Source: an uncultured delta proteobacterium
GTDB taxonomy: Bacteria > Myxococcota_A > UBA9160 > SMWR01
Length of the DNA stretch: 64,000 bases
Assembly: GCA_963832165.1 (NCBI GenBank)
Contig: CAWHTE010000001.1
Coordinates: 32,001-96,000, forward strand
Direction: 5' to 3'
In this document: piece by piece, positions 9,572-19,242 of the stretch
Numbering within the stretch: the stretch's first letter is position 1
Layout of the letters: each line of letters starts with the position of its first letter
Made by a program: the position numbers and the translations under genes
The notes under the pieces: model-generated
The model's input: the letters and a program-made list of their open reading frames with translations, nothing else
The model's database searches: none
Told to the model about the DNA's origin: nothing

Positions 9572-11767
9572 ATGGCGCGAACCACGCTTCCCTCGATCTG
9601 CCGCTTCTGCCACGCCAACTGCGGGATCCTGGTCGAGCTCGAGGAAGGCCGGCCCGTGCGCGTCACGGGGGATCGCTCGAACCCGGCCTACCACGGCTTC
9701 ACCTGCGCGAAGGGACGCCAGCTTCCCGCGCAGCACGTCCACCCGGATCGGCTTCTCCATTCACAGAAGCGGATCGCGCCGGGGCGCTTTGCCCCGATCG
9801 CGAGCGAGCGCGCGATCGACGAGGTGGCTGCGCAGATCCAGGCCCTGATCGCCGAACACGGGCCGCGCTCGGTCGCGCTCTACGCGGGCACCTACTCGGG
9901 TCCGCACCCCGCGACGATTCCGTTCGCGATCGGATGGCTGCTCGCGGCGGGCTCGCGCATGGTGTTCACGGCGGCCACGATCGATCAGCCGGGCAAGAAC
10001 ATCGCGAACGCGCTGCACGGGCGCTGGCTCGCGGGCTCGAACGTGTTCGACGAGTCGGACGCGTGGCTGCTCGTCGGCAACAACCCGCTGATCTCGATGT
10101 CGGGCGGCATTCCGCCCGCAAACCCTGCGCGCCGGCTGCGGGAGGCGCTGGCGCGCGGAATGAAGCTCGTGGTGATCGATCCCCGCCGCACCGAGGTGGC
10201 GCGCTTCGCGGACGTCTACCTGCAGCCGCGCCCGGGCGAGGATCCGACGCTGCTCGCGGCGCTTCTGCACGTGGTAATCCGCGATGGACTCGTCGACCGC
10301 GATTTCGTGCGCGACCACGTCTCGGGCTTCGAAGAGCTCGAGGCCGCCGTCGCGCCGTTCACGCCGCGCTTCGCCGCTGAACGCGCGGGCGTCGCGGCCG
10401 AGGAGATCGAGCGCGCGGCGCGCACCTTCGGCGGCGCGCAGCGCGGTTGTGGGGTAGCGGGCACGGGCCCCAACATGGCGCCGCGCGGAAACCTCACCGA
10501 GTACCTGCTGCTCTGTCTGAACACGCTCTGCGGGCGCTGGCGCCGCGCGGGCGAGCACGTGGCGAATCCCGGAGCGCTGCTGCCGAAGGCCACGCCCGTG
10601 GCCCAGGCGCAGTCGCCGCGCCGCGCGTTCGGGTTCGGCGAGAAGCTGCGCGTGCGCGGCCTCGCGAACAGCGCCGCGGGGCTGCCCACGGCCGCGCTCG
10701 CCGACGAGATCCTCGAGCCGGGCCCGGGCCGGATTCGCGCGCTGATCTGCGTCGGCAGCAATCCGATCGCGGCCTGGCCCGATCAGCACAAGACGCGGCG
10801 TGCGATGGACGAGCTCGATCTGCTCGTGACGCTCGACATGAAGTTCTCGGCGACCTCGCGCCTCGCTCACTACGTGATCGCGCCGAAGCTCTCGCTCGAG
10901 GTGCCCGGGCTCTCGCTCTCGATGGAAGCGCTGGAGCAGACCTACGTGGCGATGGGTTATTCCGAGCCCTACGCGCAGTACTCGCCCGCGATCGCGGAGC
11001 CGCCGCCGGGCTCCGACGTGATCGAGGAGTGGGAGTTCTTCTACGGCCTCGCCCGACGCATGGGGCTCCCGCTCTCCCTCTACCCGGTGCGTGCCGAGAC
11101 CGGGGTACTGCGCGAGCGGTCCGAGGTGATCGGCGTCGACATGGCGAACAAGCCGACGACCGACGAGATCTTCGCGCAGCTCGTCGCGGCCTCGCGCGTT
11201 CCGCTCGACGAGGTGAAACGACACCCGAACGGGGCGATCTTCCGCGATCCGCCGATCGCCGTTGCGCCGGCCGATCCCGCGAGCGCGGGCAGGCTCGACG
11301 TGGGCAACCCCGAGATGATGCGCGAGCTCGCCGAGGTGGCGGAGGAGGGCGCACGCAGCGCGCAGGTGAGCGGTCGCCCGTTCCGGCTCGTATCGCGGCG
11401 CATGCCCAACGTCTACAACTCGTCCGGCCGGGACATCGACGCGCTCACGCGCGGGCGGCCCTACAACCCCGCGTTCCTGCACCCCGAAGATCTCGCCGCG
11501 CTGGGTCTGGCCGAGGGCGATACGGTGCGGATCGCCTCGGACCACGCGAGCATCCTCGGCGTCGCGACGGCCGCGCCCGAGCTCCGGCGCGGAGTGCTCT
11601 CGATGTCGCACGCGTTCGGCGACGCGCCCGAGCGTGACGGCGAGTACCGCGAGATCGGCAGCACGACGGCCCGGCTCGTCGACACCGAGCGCGAGTACGA
11701 CCCCTACACGGGCATTCCGCGCATGAGCGCGATCCCGGTCTCGATCGAACGCGCGGAGGGCCTTTGA
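9572..11767 (+). CDS. Molybdopterin-dependent oxidoreductase (DMSO reductase superfamily)
   Basis: N-terminal CRFCHANCG...CAKG 4Fe-4S motif; VIDPRRTE; C-terminal MPT-binding domain (LHPEDL). Confidence 0.9.
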   Translation: MARTTLPSICRFCHANCGILVELEEGRPVRVTGDRSNPAYHGFTCAKGRQLPAQHVHPDRLLHSQKRIAPGRFAPIASERAIDEVAAQIQALIAEHGPRSVALYAGTYSGPHPATIPFAIGWLLAAGSRMVFTAATIDQPGKNIANALHGRWLAGSNVFDESDAWLLVGNNPLISMSGGIPPANPARRLREALARGMKLVVIDPRRTEVARFADVYLQPRPGEDPTLLAALLHVVIRDGLVDRDFVRDHVSGFEELEAAVAPFTPRFAAERAGVAAEEIERAARTFGGAQRGCGVAGTGPNMAPRGNLTEYLLLCLNTLCGRWRRAGEHVANPGALLPKATPVAQAQSPRRAFGFGEKLRVRGLANSAAGLPTAALADEILEPGPGRIRALICVGSNPIAAWPDQHKTRRAMDELDLLVTLDMKFSATSRLAHYVIAPKLSLEVPGLSLSMEALEQTYVAMGYSEPYAQYSPAIAEPPPGSDVIEEWEFFYGLARRMGLPLSLYPVRAETGVLRERSEVIGVDMANKPTTDEIFAQLVAASRVPLDEVKRHPNGAIFRDPPIAVAPADPASAGRLDVGNPEMMRELAEVAEEGARSAQVSGRPFRLVSRRMPNVYNSSGRDIDALTRGRPYNPAFLHPEDLAALGLAEGDTVRIASDHASILGVATAAPELRRGVLSMSHAFGDAPERDGEYREIGSTTARLVDTEREYDPYTGIPRMSAIPVSIERAEGL

Positions 11768-12528
11768 TGCAGCGGCTCGAGGGTCGCGTCGCGCTCGTCA
11801 CGGGCGCGGGCCAGGGGATCGGGCGCGCGATCGCGCTCGCGTTCGCGCGCGAGGGCGCCGACGTCGCGGTGGCGGAGCTCGATCCCGCCAACGCGAAGGG
11901 CAGTGCCGAAGCCGTGCGCGCGCTGGGCCGGCGCTGCGCGTGCATCGTCGCCGACGTCGGCGTGCGCGCCGACTGCGAGCGCGCGGTGGAGGAGACGGTA
12001 CGCGAGCTCGGCGGCCTCGACGTGCTCGTGAACTGCGCGGCCTGGGCGCAGCCGAACACGCCGGTCCACGAGACCTCGGACGAGCTCTACCAGCGCACCT
12101 TCGACGTGTGCATGACGAGCGTGTTCTGGACCACGCGCGCGGCCTATCCCCATCTCAAGAAGAGCGGGCGCGGTTCCGTGATCAACTTCGCGTCGAACGC
12201 GGGCACCGAGGGGATGGCCGGCAACGCCGTGTACGCGGCCACCAAGGAGGCGATCCGCGGCTTCTCGCGCTCGCTCGCGCGCGAGTGGGGGCGCGACGGC
12301 ATCCGCGTGAACATGATCCGCCCGATCGCGGCGTCGCCGAGCCTCGCGGGCTGGATCGAGGAGAACCCGAAGCTCGCCGCGGTGCAGGCGCGTGCGATTC
12401 CGCTCGGCCGGTTCGGCGATTGCGACGCCGACATCGCGCCGGTCGCGGTGTTCCTCGCGAGTGACGAGAGCCGTTACCTCACGGCAGTGACGCTGCCGGC
12501 CGACGGCGGCGGCGGACAGGAGCGATGA
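11767..12528 (+). CDS. Short-chain dehydrogenase/reductase
   Basis: TGAGQGIG and YAATK; start overlaps the upstream stop (TGATG). Confidence 0.9.
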   Translation: MQRLEGRVALVTGAGQGIGRAIALAFAREGADVAVAELDPANAKGSAEAVRALGRRCACIVADVGVRADCERAVEETVRELGGLDVLVNCAAWAQPNTPVHETSDELYQRTFDVCMTSVFWTTRAAYPHLKKSGRGSVINFASNAGTEGMAGNAVYAATKEAIRGFSRSLAREWGRDGIRVNMIRPIAASPSLAGWIEENPKLAAVQARAIPLGRFGDCDADIAPVAVFLASDESRYLTAVTLPADGGGGQER

Positions 12529-12977
12529 TGCGCGATTGGATCTGGATCCTCGCGGTGTGCATTTCGTGGGCCCCGCCGGCTGCGGCCTGGGACAAGCGCG
12601 CGACCAACATGTCCGGCAATGCGGGTCAGACCTGCGCAATGCAGGAGAACGCGCAGGTCGGCGTGAACTTCAGCAACGTCGTCGTCACGGATCTCAAGAA
12701 GGTCGGTTCGGAGATGGACAGGAAGATCGACGAGCTGATCGCGCTCGCGAAGCAGTCCGGCCTCCAGAAGATCGAGGTGCAGTCCTACAGCTACAACATC
12801 TACGCCGTCTCGAGCGGCGTGCCGATGCCCGCGGGTGTGCCCATCCCCTATCAGTACAGCGGCAACGTGAGCTTTGCGGTCGAGCCGTGCGAGAAGGCGT
12901 CCGGTTTGATGTCGCTGCTCGCGGACAAGGGATATTCGGCGAGCCTCAACGTCAACGCGTATCGCCAGTGCCAGTGA
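12525..12977 (+). CDS. Secreted hypothetical protein, weakly SIMPL/DUF541-like
   Basis: Signal peptide ending AAAW; ATGA overlap with the SDR; residue pattern resembles the SIMPL N-terminal half, by eye only. Confidence 0.55.
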   Translation: MMRDWIWILAVCISWAPPAAAWDKRATNMSGNAGQTCAMQENAQVGVNFSNVVVTDLKKVGSEMDRKIDELIALAKQSGLQKIEVQSYSYNIYAVSSGVPMPAGVPIPYQYSGNVSFAVEPCEKASGLMSLLADKGYSASLNVNAYRQCQ

Positions 12978-13359
12978 ACATGTCGGCGGTGTAATCGCGC
13001 GTGAGCAGCTCGAGCAGGTGGCCGCTCGGGTCGCGGAAGTAGACGCCGCGCCCGCCGTTCCAGGAATTGATCTGCATGTCATCGGACGCGAACGGTCCGC
13101 TGCCGTAGGCGAGGCCCGCGTCCTTGATCCGCGCGAAGATCTCGTCGAACTCGGCCTCGCTGACCTTGAACGCGTAGTGGCGCGGTGTGAACGAGTCGTC
13201 CTGGTCGAAATCGAGCGTGAGCGATTGGCTCTGGATCTTCACGGGCGTGAAGTGGCCCATCGCGCCGACGTACTCGAATCCGAACATGTGCTCGTAGAAG
13301 CGCGCGGACTGCTCCTTGTCGCGGGCCGGAACGATCGTGTGGTTGAGCTCGATGGTCAT
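12952..13359 (-). CDS. VOC/glyoxalase family protein
   Basis: LNHTIV, HYAFKV and GRGVYFRDPSGHLLEL. Confidence 0.9.
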   Translation of the reverse strand: MTIELNHTIVPARDKEQSARFYEHMFGFEYVGAMGHFTPVKIQSQSLTLDFDQDDSFTPRHYAFKVSEAEFDEIFARIKDAGLAYGSGPFASDDMQINSWNGGRGVYFRDPSGHLLELLTRDYTADMFTGTGDTR

Positions 13360-13395
13360 GGGGGGTCCTCCGGGCGCATTCCCGAACGTATCCCT

Positions 13396-13899
13396 TCAGA
13401 CCGACGCGAGCACGGCGCGCCACGCGGCGAGCTTCTTCGCGTAGGACAGCGAAGCGTGTGCCGGACTCGTCGAGGGCAGCCGGTAGTAGGCGAGATCGCC
13501 GAGCGCACCGAGCTTCGGCAGCGCGTATCTCTGGAACGAGGCCTCGGCCTTCGCACCGTTGAAGCAGACGGTGCGGATGTGCGGATGCGCGCGCAGGAAG
13601 CTCGGAAACGCGTTAGGCACGATCGACGACTCGACGACGTCGGAATCGAGGCTGCTCACGCGCGTGCACGACTTCATCACGTCCCAGAGCGCGATCCGAC
13701 GCGCGCGCAGCGCCGCGAGCCGTACGTCGTAGGGCGCGGCTGCGTCGAACTCGAGCAGCTCCGCGGCGATCCTCCAGAACGCGTTCTGCGGATGCGCGTA
13801 GTACTGCTTCACGCGCAGCGACACCTTGCCGGGCATCGAGCCCAGGATCAGCACGCGGCTCGAGGGGTCGGAGATCGGCGGGAAGCTGTGCACGCGCAT
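13396..13899 (-). CDS. DNA-deoxyinosine (hypoxanthine) glycosylase, UDG superfamily
   Basis: LILGSMPG, QYYAHPQNAFW, LWDV and LPSTSPAH. Confidence 0.9.
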   Translation of the reverse strand: MRVHSFPPISDPSSRVLILGSMPGKVSLRVKQYYAHPQNAFWRIAAELLEFDAAAPYDVRLAALRARRIALWDVMKSCTRVSSLDSDVVESSIVPNAFPSFLRAHPHIRTVCFNGAKAEASFQRYALPKLGALGDLAYYRLPSTSPAHASLSYAKKLAAWRAVLASV

Positions 13900-13906
13900 C
13901 GGGAGA

Positions 13907-14707
13907 TCAGCGCGACGCGACCGCGATGTGAGCGCGCGTGGCGAAGCGCACCGTGCCGTCGGAAATCACGTACGCGCGCAGATCGCGCTCTGCCTCGGCG
14001 AGCACGCGCTCGATCACGGGTTCCGCGAGTGAAATTCCCGCGATCGGGAGCCAACCGAGCAGGTCGGGCTCGACCATCGCGCGAACATCCGGGAAGCGCG
14101 CGGTTCCCGTGTGCGTCGCGATCGACTCGATCGCTAGGCCGGCGGCCGAGAACAGCGCGGCGAGCTGCTCGGGAGCGCCGAGCACGAACGGAGCGCGCAG
14201 CGCATCCGCGGCCGCTGCGCCCGCGATGCGGTCGAGCAGCGCTACCTCGGCTGCATAGGCGGGTATGTCCTCCAGCGAGGCCCAGACGGCCACCGCGAGC
14301 CGACCTCCCGGGCGCAGCATGCGCCCCATCTCGCGCAGCGCTGCGACGCGATCGTCGAAGAACATCAGACCGAATTGGCTCACCACCGCGTCGAACGACC
14401 GATCCGCGAAGGGCAGCTGCTCCGCGGCGCCCTCGCGCCACTCGATCGCGGGCGCCGCGCGTATTGCTACCGCGAGCATGCCCGGGTTTCGATCGAGCCC
14501 GACGACCGAGCCCGACGCACCGACCGCGACCGCCGCCGCGCGCGCGAGCACCCCTGTTCCGCACGCCACGTCGAGCACGCGCTGGCCGGGCTGGATCCGC
14601 GCCGCCTCGATCACGCGCGGCGGCCAGTCGCTGAACAGCGCGGGTACGAAGGCGCTCTCGTAGGCGGTTGCCGCGGCGATCTGGGCATCGAGTTCAGCCG
14701 GGTCCAT
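13907..14707 (-). CDS. Class I SAM-dependent methyltransferase
   Basis: VLDVACGTG, LPFADRSFDAV and LRPGG; start placed at MDPAEL (14707). Confidence 0.9.
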   Translation of the reverse strand: MDPAELDAQIAAATAYESAFVPALFSDWPPRVIEAARIQPGQRVLDVACGTGVLARAAAVAVGASGSVVGLDRNPGMLAVAIRAAPAIEWREGAAEQLPFADRSFDAVVSQFGLMFFDDRVAALREMGRMLRPGGRLAVAVWASLEDIPAYAAEVALLDRIAGAAAADALRAPFVLGAPEQLAALFSAAGLAIESIATHTGTARFPDVRAMVEPDLLGWLPIAGISLAEPVIERVLAEAERDLRAYVISDGTVRFATRAHIAVASR

Positions 14708-14723
14708 CGCGCGTCTCGTCGGA

Positions 14724-15215
14724 TCAGGGGTTCTCGGGACCCTCGGGGAACTCGAGCCCGCAGGCGCTGCAGGCCGCGGCGTTCTCGGGTGTCGGCTCGC
14801 CACACGCTGGGCACGCCGACGGGTCGAACGAGACTCCGGCGGTGTCGGCATCCGGCAGCGCGCTCGCGGCGAGCTCGTCGGCGATCTCGCGCGCCGCGTC
14901 GAGATCGCCGCGGGACACGTAGATGCCGAGCCGCGCTGCCTGGCCGCGCGCGGCGCGGGCTCCCGCCATTGCGCCACCGAGCGGATAGGTGTCGATCTGG
15001 CTCGAGATGCCGTGCTCCTGCAGCGACTCCGCGAACGCCTGAAGATCCCTGGGCTCGCCGAGCCGCAGCACCGCGAGGTCTTGGAGCGCGGAGACCGCGC
15101 GCGTCACGGGAGCCGGTGTCCCGGTGGGTGCGTAGTCGAGCGGCGTGTTGCAGTCGGGGCATACGGAGACCCACGACTGGTATTCCTGTCCACAGCTCGC
15201 GCAGGTCTTGAACAT
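14724..15215 (-). CDS. Hypothetical protein with terminal CxxC zinc ribbons (DUF2007-like)
   Basis: CASC/CPDC at the N-terminus and CPAC/CSAC at the C-terminus. Confidence 0.7.
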   Translation of the reverse strand: MFKTCASCGQEYQSWVSVCPDCNTPLDYAPTGTPAPVTRAVSALQDLAVLRLGEPRDLQAFAESLQEHGISSQIDTYPLGGAMAGARAARGQAARLGIYVSRGDLDAAREIADELAASALPDADTAGVSFDPSACPACGEPTPENAAACSACGLEFPEGPENP

Positions 15216-15226
15216 GGTGGCGCCCG

Positions 15227-15649
15227 TCACCCGAGGTAGCGAAGCGCTGCGCGACCCGCCATGAACCAGACCGCGAGCGTCGAGATCAGATAGAGATTGA
15301 AGCGCAGCATGATGATGTTCACGGTGCAGTGCACGGCGCTGTGCAGCGCGCGAAACACCACGAATACCCACGCGGCGCCCACGTACACCGCATCGACCTG
15401 ACCGGACGCGAACAGCGCGAGTGCGAGCGCGTAGAAGAGCACGGGGATCTCGAACAGGTTCTTCAGGTTGTCCGATGGATTCGACACGGCGGGCGGCGAG
15501 ATCTCCGCGAGCCGAGCCGGCGTGAGCTCGCTCGGCGCGATGTCGAGGCTGCGCAGCATTCGGATCCGCCGCACGTACATGTAGACCCACACGACGAACG
15601 TGACGAAGATCATCGCGTACACGGGACCCAGGATCGCGGTTTGCGACAT
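15227..15649 (-). CDS. MAPEG family membrane protein
   Basis: NLKNLFEIPVLFY and RALHSAVH; four hydrophobic segments. Confidence 0.85.
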   Translation of the reverse strand: MSQTAILGPVYAMIFVTFVVWVYMYVRRIRMLRSLDIAPSELTPARLAEISPPAVSNPSDNLKNLFEIPVLFYALALALFASGQVDAVYVGAAWVFVVFRALHSAVHCTVNIIMLRFNLYLISTLAVWFMAGRAALRYLG

Positions 15650-15658
15650 CGCTACTCC

Positions 15659-16618
15659 TCAGCGCGTTCTACGCAGTCGCTCTTCGGCCCCCGCGACGAG
15701 CTCCGCGACGATCTCGGCCGCGGGCTGTACCGAGTTCACGTGCGTCACGGATTCTCCCGCGTAGAGCGCCATGGCGGCGACGTTGCCCGTGGTGGTCGCG
15801 GTGGGCACGAACGGAGAGAAGCGCGGGATCGGTACTGCGCGACCGCCGACCACGTCCTCGGCGACGATCGCGTCCGTCGCTGCCTGCGCGGCCGCGACGG
15901 CCGAGCGCAGCACGCGATGCGGTGCGTTCGGCCACATCTCCGAGAATGCCTCCGTGAGGCAGGTGTCCGCGGCGGACGCCGCGAGCAGAGCCTGCACGTA
16001 CGACGGATGCGCGCCCGACTCCGCGCTCGCGACGAAGCGCGTGCCGATCCGCGCGCCAGCCGCACCGCACGCGAGCACCGCCGCGAGATCGCGCCCGGTC
16101 GCGATACCGCCCGCCGCGAGCACGGGGACGCTCACGGCCTCGAGCACGGACGAGAGCAGCGGCAGGAGGCTCGTCTGCCCGCGCACGTGGCCGCCCGCCT
16201 CGGTGCCCTGCGCGATCACGAAGTCGCAGCCCGCGCGCTCGGCCGCGATCGCTTCCTCGCGCGAGCCGACCTGCCAGCTCGCGAGCGCGCCGAGCGCGTG
16301 CGCCTCCTCGACGAGCGCGCGCTGCGGCTCGCCGTAGAAGAACTCCACGATGCGCGCGCGGCGCGCCGCAACCGCTACGCACGCGGGGTCGAGAAACGGC
16401 ACGAGGAAGTTCACGCCGAACACGCCCGAGGTGGCCTTCGCGAGCCGCTCGAGCTCGGCCTCGAGGAACTCCGGGGGCAAGGTCGGAGTGCCGAGCATGC
16501 CGACCGCACCCGCATTCGCGACCGCCGCCACGAGCTCGACCGTCGAGACACCGGGCATCGACGCCACCTGGATCGGAGCGGTCGCACCCACGAGCTTCGT
16601 GAACGAAGTCTCGATCAC
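15659..16618 (-). CDS. Nitronate monooxygenase family flavoprotein
   Basis: AQGTEAGGH, AAGGIATG and IGTRFVAS. Confidence 0.9.
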   Translation of the reverse strand: MIETSFTKLVGATAPIQVASMPGVSTVELVAAVANAGAVGMLGTPTLPPEFLEAELERLAKATSGVFGVNFLVPFLDPACVAVAARRARIVEFFYGEPQRALVEEAHALGALASWQVGSREEAIAAERAGCDFVIAQGTEAGGHVRGQTSLLPLLSSVLEAVSVPVLAAGGIATGRDLAAVLACGAAGARIGTRFVASAESGAHPSYVQALLAASAADTCLTEAFSEMWPNAPHRVLRSAVAAAQAATDAIVAEDVVGGRAVPIPRFSPFVPTATTTGNVAAMALYAGESVTHVNSVQPAAEIVAELVAGAEERLRRTR

Positions 16619-16627
16619 GATGACATC

Positions 16628-17110
16628 TCAGAGAAACTTCATCGCGGGATCGGTGGCTTCGGAGGACGCGGCCGACTGAACCCGCGACAGGCGCGGCGAG
16701 TGCACCGCGAGCAGTACGCCCGCCGCACACAGGAACGCGTAGAGATAGGCGGTCTTTCCGAACAAGAGGAAGAGCACGAGGCCGAGCACCCCGATCGATT
16801 CGGAGATCACCCAGAGCACGATCGAAACCTGGAAGTAGCGCGCGAAGTCTTCGCGCGTGCGCAGGTCGATCTGCCCGCGGCGCGCGGGATTCACGATCAT
16901 GAGGTTGCGCGCGATCAGTGTTCCGATGCCGAGCCCGAGCGCGAGCGCGAACAGTCCGACCAGCATCGATCGCTCGAGCACCGGATCGCGCAGGCTGGAA
17001 CCGCTGATCAACAGCGGCAGGACTCCGTAGACCACGAGGCTGCCGAGCAGTGCGGCCCAGACCATCCAGAGCTGGAGCATGGTGCGAGGAGGTTGATCGG
17101 CCCCCGTCAT
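16628..17110 (-). CDS. Hypothetical 4-TM membrane protein
   Basis: ATG 17110 overlaps the upstream stop; four hydrophobic segments. Confidence 0.7.
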   Translation of the reverse strand: MTGADQPPRTMLQLWMVWAALLGSLVVYGVLPLLISGSSLRDPVLERSMLVGLFALALGLGIGTLIARNLMIVNPARRGQIDLRTREDFARYFQVSIVLWVISESIGVLGLVLFLLFGKTAYLYAFLCAAGVLLAVHSPRLSRVQSAASSEATDPAMKFL

Positions 17111-17583
17111 CCAGTCCTCCCGTGCTCGTGCGGCCGTGAATGTACCCGCGCAGGCGGGGATCGCTCCCATGCGGCGACCCCGCCCGCCACGACCCGGAAC
17201 AGCGGGTGGGCTGCGGGCGCCCGGTCTCGCGAGAGACTCCGGAAGCGATCCGGATCGCGCACGCGGAGCTTCGCGAGCAGGTGCCGCCACTCGTGCGCGA
17301 TCTGCCCTCGCGTGGCCGCGAGTCGGCGCGCTCGCTCGCGCGAGTCGATCTTCGCCGCATCGAACGAGTACCCGCGGCGGCTCGCCTCTTCGTACACCGA
17401 CTGCAGATACGCGTCGATCGCGAGCAACGGATCCGGGTGTGCGCGGAAGCGCTCGAGCTGGGGATGATGGCGGTATCCGCGCGTGCGCCCCTGCAGCACG
17501 CGCTTCGCGAGCAGCGCCTCGCGCCAGAGCGCGACGAGCCCACGCGCATCGAGGTATCGGGGGTGGAGCGTCCAGAGCCTCAT
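17107..17583 (-). CDS. Pyrimidine dimer DNA glycosylase / endonuclease V family
   Basis: MRLWTLHPRYLD, LVALWREALLA and GYRHHPQLERF. Confidence 0.9.
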   Translation of the reverse strand: MRLWTLHPRYLDARGLVALWREALLAKRVLQGRTRGYRHHPQLERFRAHPDPLLAIDAYLQSVYEEASRRGYSFDAAKIDSRERARRLAATRGQIAHEWRHLLAKLRVRDPDRFRSLSRDRAPAAHPLFRVVAGGVAAWERSPPARVHSRPHEHGRTG

Positions 17584-17637
17584 TGCTGTGTTCTGAGCAG
17601 GATACAATGCCGCGATCGATTCGAGCGGGGAGATGCG

Positions 17638-18018
17638 ATGCACCGGAGCCGTCTGACCAGCGTGGTGATCGACTGCGCGGAGGAAGACTACGAGAAGGGC
17701 GCGGCGTTCTGGAGCGCCGCGCTCGGGAGGCCGCTCGTGCCGCGAGACGAGCGTTATGTGGCGCTGCGCGGCCGGGTTGGCGGCGAGGGGGCGCCCTACG
17801 TCGGCCTGCAGCGCGTGTCGAGCGCCGAGCGCGCGATCCATCTCGACATCGAGACGGACGACGTGGAGGCCGAGGTGGCCCGGCTCGAGAAGCTGGGTGC
17901 GCGCGTGAAGGCGCGGATCCGCCGCCACGTGGTGATGGAGGCACCGTCGGGGCACGCATTCTGCGTCGTGCCTTCGCGGCGCAGCGACTTCCCGGCTCAC
18001 GCCGCGGAGTGGCCGTAG
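17638..18018 (+). CDS. VOC family protein
   Basis: AAFWSAALG, IHLDIETDDVEAEVARLE and APSGHAFCV. Confidence 0.85.
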   Translation: MHRSRLTSVVIDCAEEDYEKGAAFWSAALGRPLVPRDERYVALRGRVGGEGAPYVGLQRVSSAERAIHLDIETDDVEAEVARLEKLGARVKARIRRHVVMEAPSGHAFCVVPSRRSDFPAHAAEWP

Positions 18019-18020
18019 CC

Positions 18021-18806
18021 CTACGGCGCGAGCAGGAATCGCTCGAGCACGGGCCACGGCCGGACACAGTCGTTGTGGCCGCACGGCAGGAGGTGGAGCT
18101 CGGACCTGGCCGCCGCGGCGTGAAGCTCGTGCGCGTGCTCGACCGGAATCATCTCGTCGCGCTCGCCGTGCAGCACGAGCACGCGTCCCGTGAATCCGCG
18201 CACGACCTCGAGGTTCTCGAAGGGGTCGCGCACGAGCACGCTCAGGAAGCCGAACAGATCGGACGCCATCGCGCGCGCGCTCGTGAAGCTCGATTCGAGC
18301 ACGAGCGCGGCGAGCGGGCGCTCGCGCGCGAGCGCACAGATCGCCCCGCCCCCGACCGAACGGCCCCAGCCCACGATGCGCGCGCGATCGAAGTCCGGCT
18401 GCGCTGCGGCCCAATCGAACGCAGCCACCATCGCCTGCGCGATCGTGGTCTGCGACGGCGAGCCCGACGAGCGGCCATAGCCCGGATACTCCACGAGCAG
18501 AATCGACACCCCCGCATTGCGCAGCGGCTCGAACTGATCGATCCAGTAGTCGATCAGCTCGCCGTTGCCATGCGCGAAGATCACGAGCGGAGCCGCGGGG
18601 CCCGTCCGCCGGTCGGCCGCGAGCAGGAACGCCTCGCAGCGCGCGCGCGGAGTGTCGAGCCAGATCCGCTGCACGTACGCTGCCAGTGCGAGCTGGGACT
18701 CGGGCGGGGCGGCCGGCGCCGGAAACATCACGCGCCTGCCCGCGATGCACGCGAGCACGAACGCGACGCCCAGGGCTGCGATCACTACGAGTGCCGTGCG
18801 GAGCAT
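18021..18806 (-). CDS. Alpha/beta hydrolase
   Basis: HGNGE, EYPGYG, GRSVGG, HGERDE and CGHND. Confidence 0.85.
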   Translation of the reverse strand: MLRTALVVIAALGVAFVLACIAGRRVMFPAPAAPPESQLALAAYVQRIWLDTPRARCEAFLLAADRRTGPAAPLVIFAHGNGELIDYWIDQFEPLRNAGVSILLVEYPGYGRSSGSPSQTTIAQAMVAAFDWAAAQPDFDRARIVGWGRSVGGGAICALARERPLAALVLESSFTSARAMASDLFGFLSVLVRDPFENLEVVRGFTGRVLVLHGERDEMIPVEHAHELHAAAARSELHLLPCGHNDCVRPWPVLERFLLAP

Positions 18807-18816
18807 CGCGATCGAC

Positions 18817-19212
18817 CTAGCTCACACCCTCGTCGAACTGCGGCGCGTGGCCGCCGATCTCGTCCCAGGAGGCCCTGGAGCCGACGAAGATGTGGCCCCC
18901 GATCCCGAGCCCGGGATCGTCGTCGAGCAGACCCGCCGGAACCCAGTAGGCCGCGGCGCCGCGCAGGGTTTGCGGCAGCGGCGAGCCGCATGTCCCGCAG
19001 AAGGTCGTCTGCCAGCCGCTCGGCTTCGCGTAGACCCGCCGCAGGTTCTCGCCCGCGATCCACTTGAAGTCGGTCTCGGGCACGACGATCACCGCGTTCG
19101 AGGCCGTTCCCGACACCTTCCGGCACTGCGAGCAGTGGCACATGCCCACCTGCGTGACGGCGCGCGTGTACTCGAATCGCACCTCGCCGCACAGGCAACT
19201 TCCGCGAGTCAT
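18817..19212 (-). CDS. GFA (glutathione-dependent formaldehyde-activating-like) family
   Basis: GSCLCG, CHCSQCRK and FCGTCGS. Confidence 0.9.
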   Translation of the reverse strand: MTRGSCLCGEVRFEYTRAVTQVGMCHCSQCRKVSGTASNAVIVVPETDFKWIAGENLRRVYAKPSGWQTTFCGTCGSPLPQTLRGAAAYWVPAGLLDDDPGLGIGGHIFVGSRASWDEIGGHAPQFDEGVS

Positions 19213-19242
19213 CGCTTCTCTCCTCGGGTTCGCGCGAAGCGC

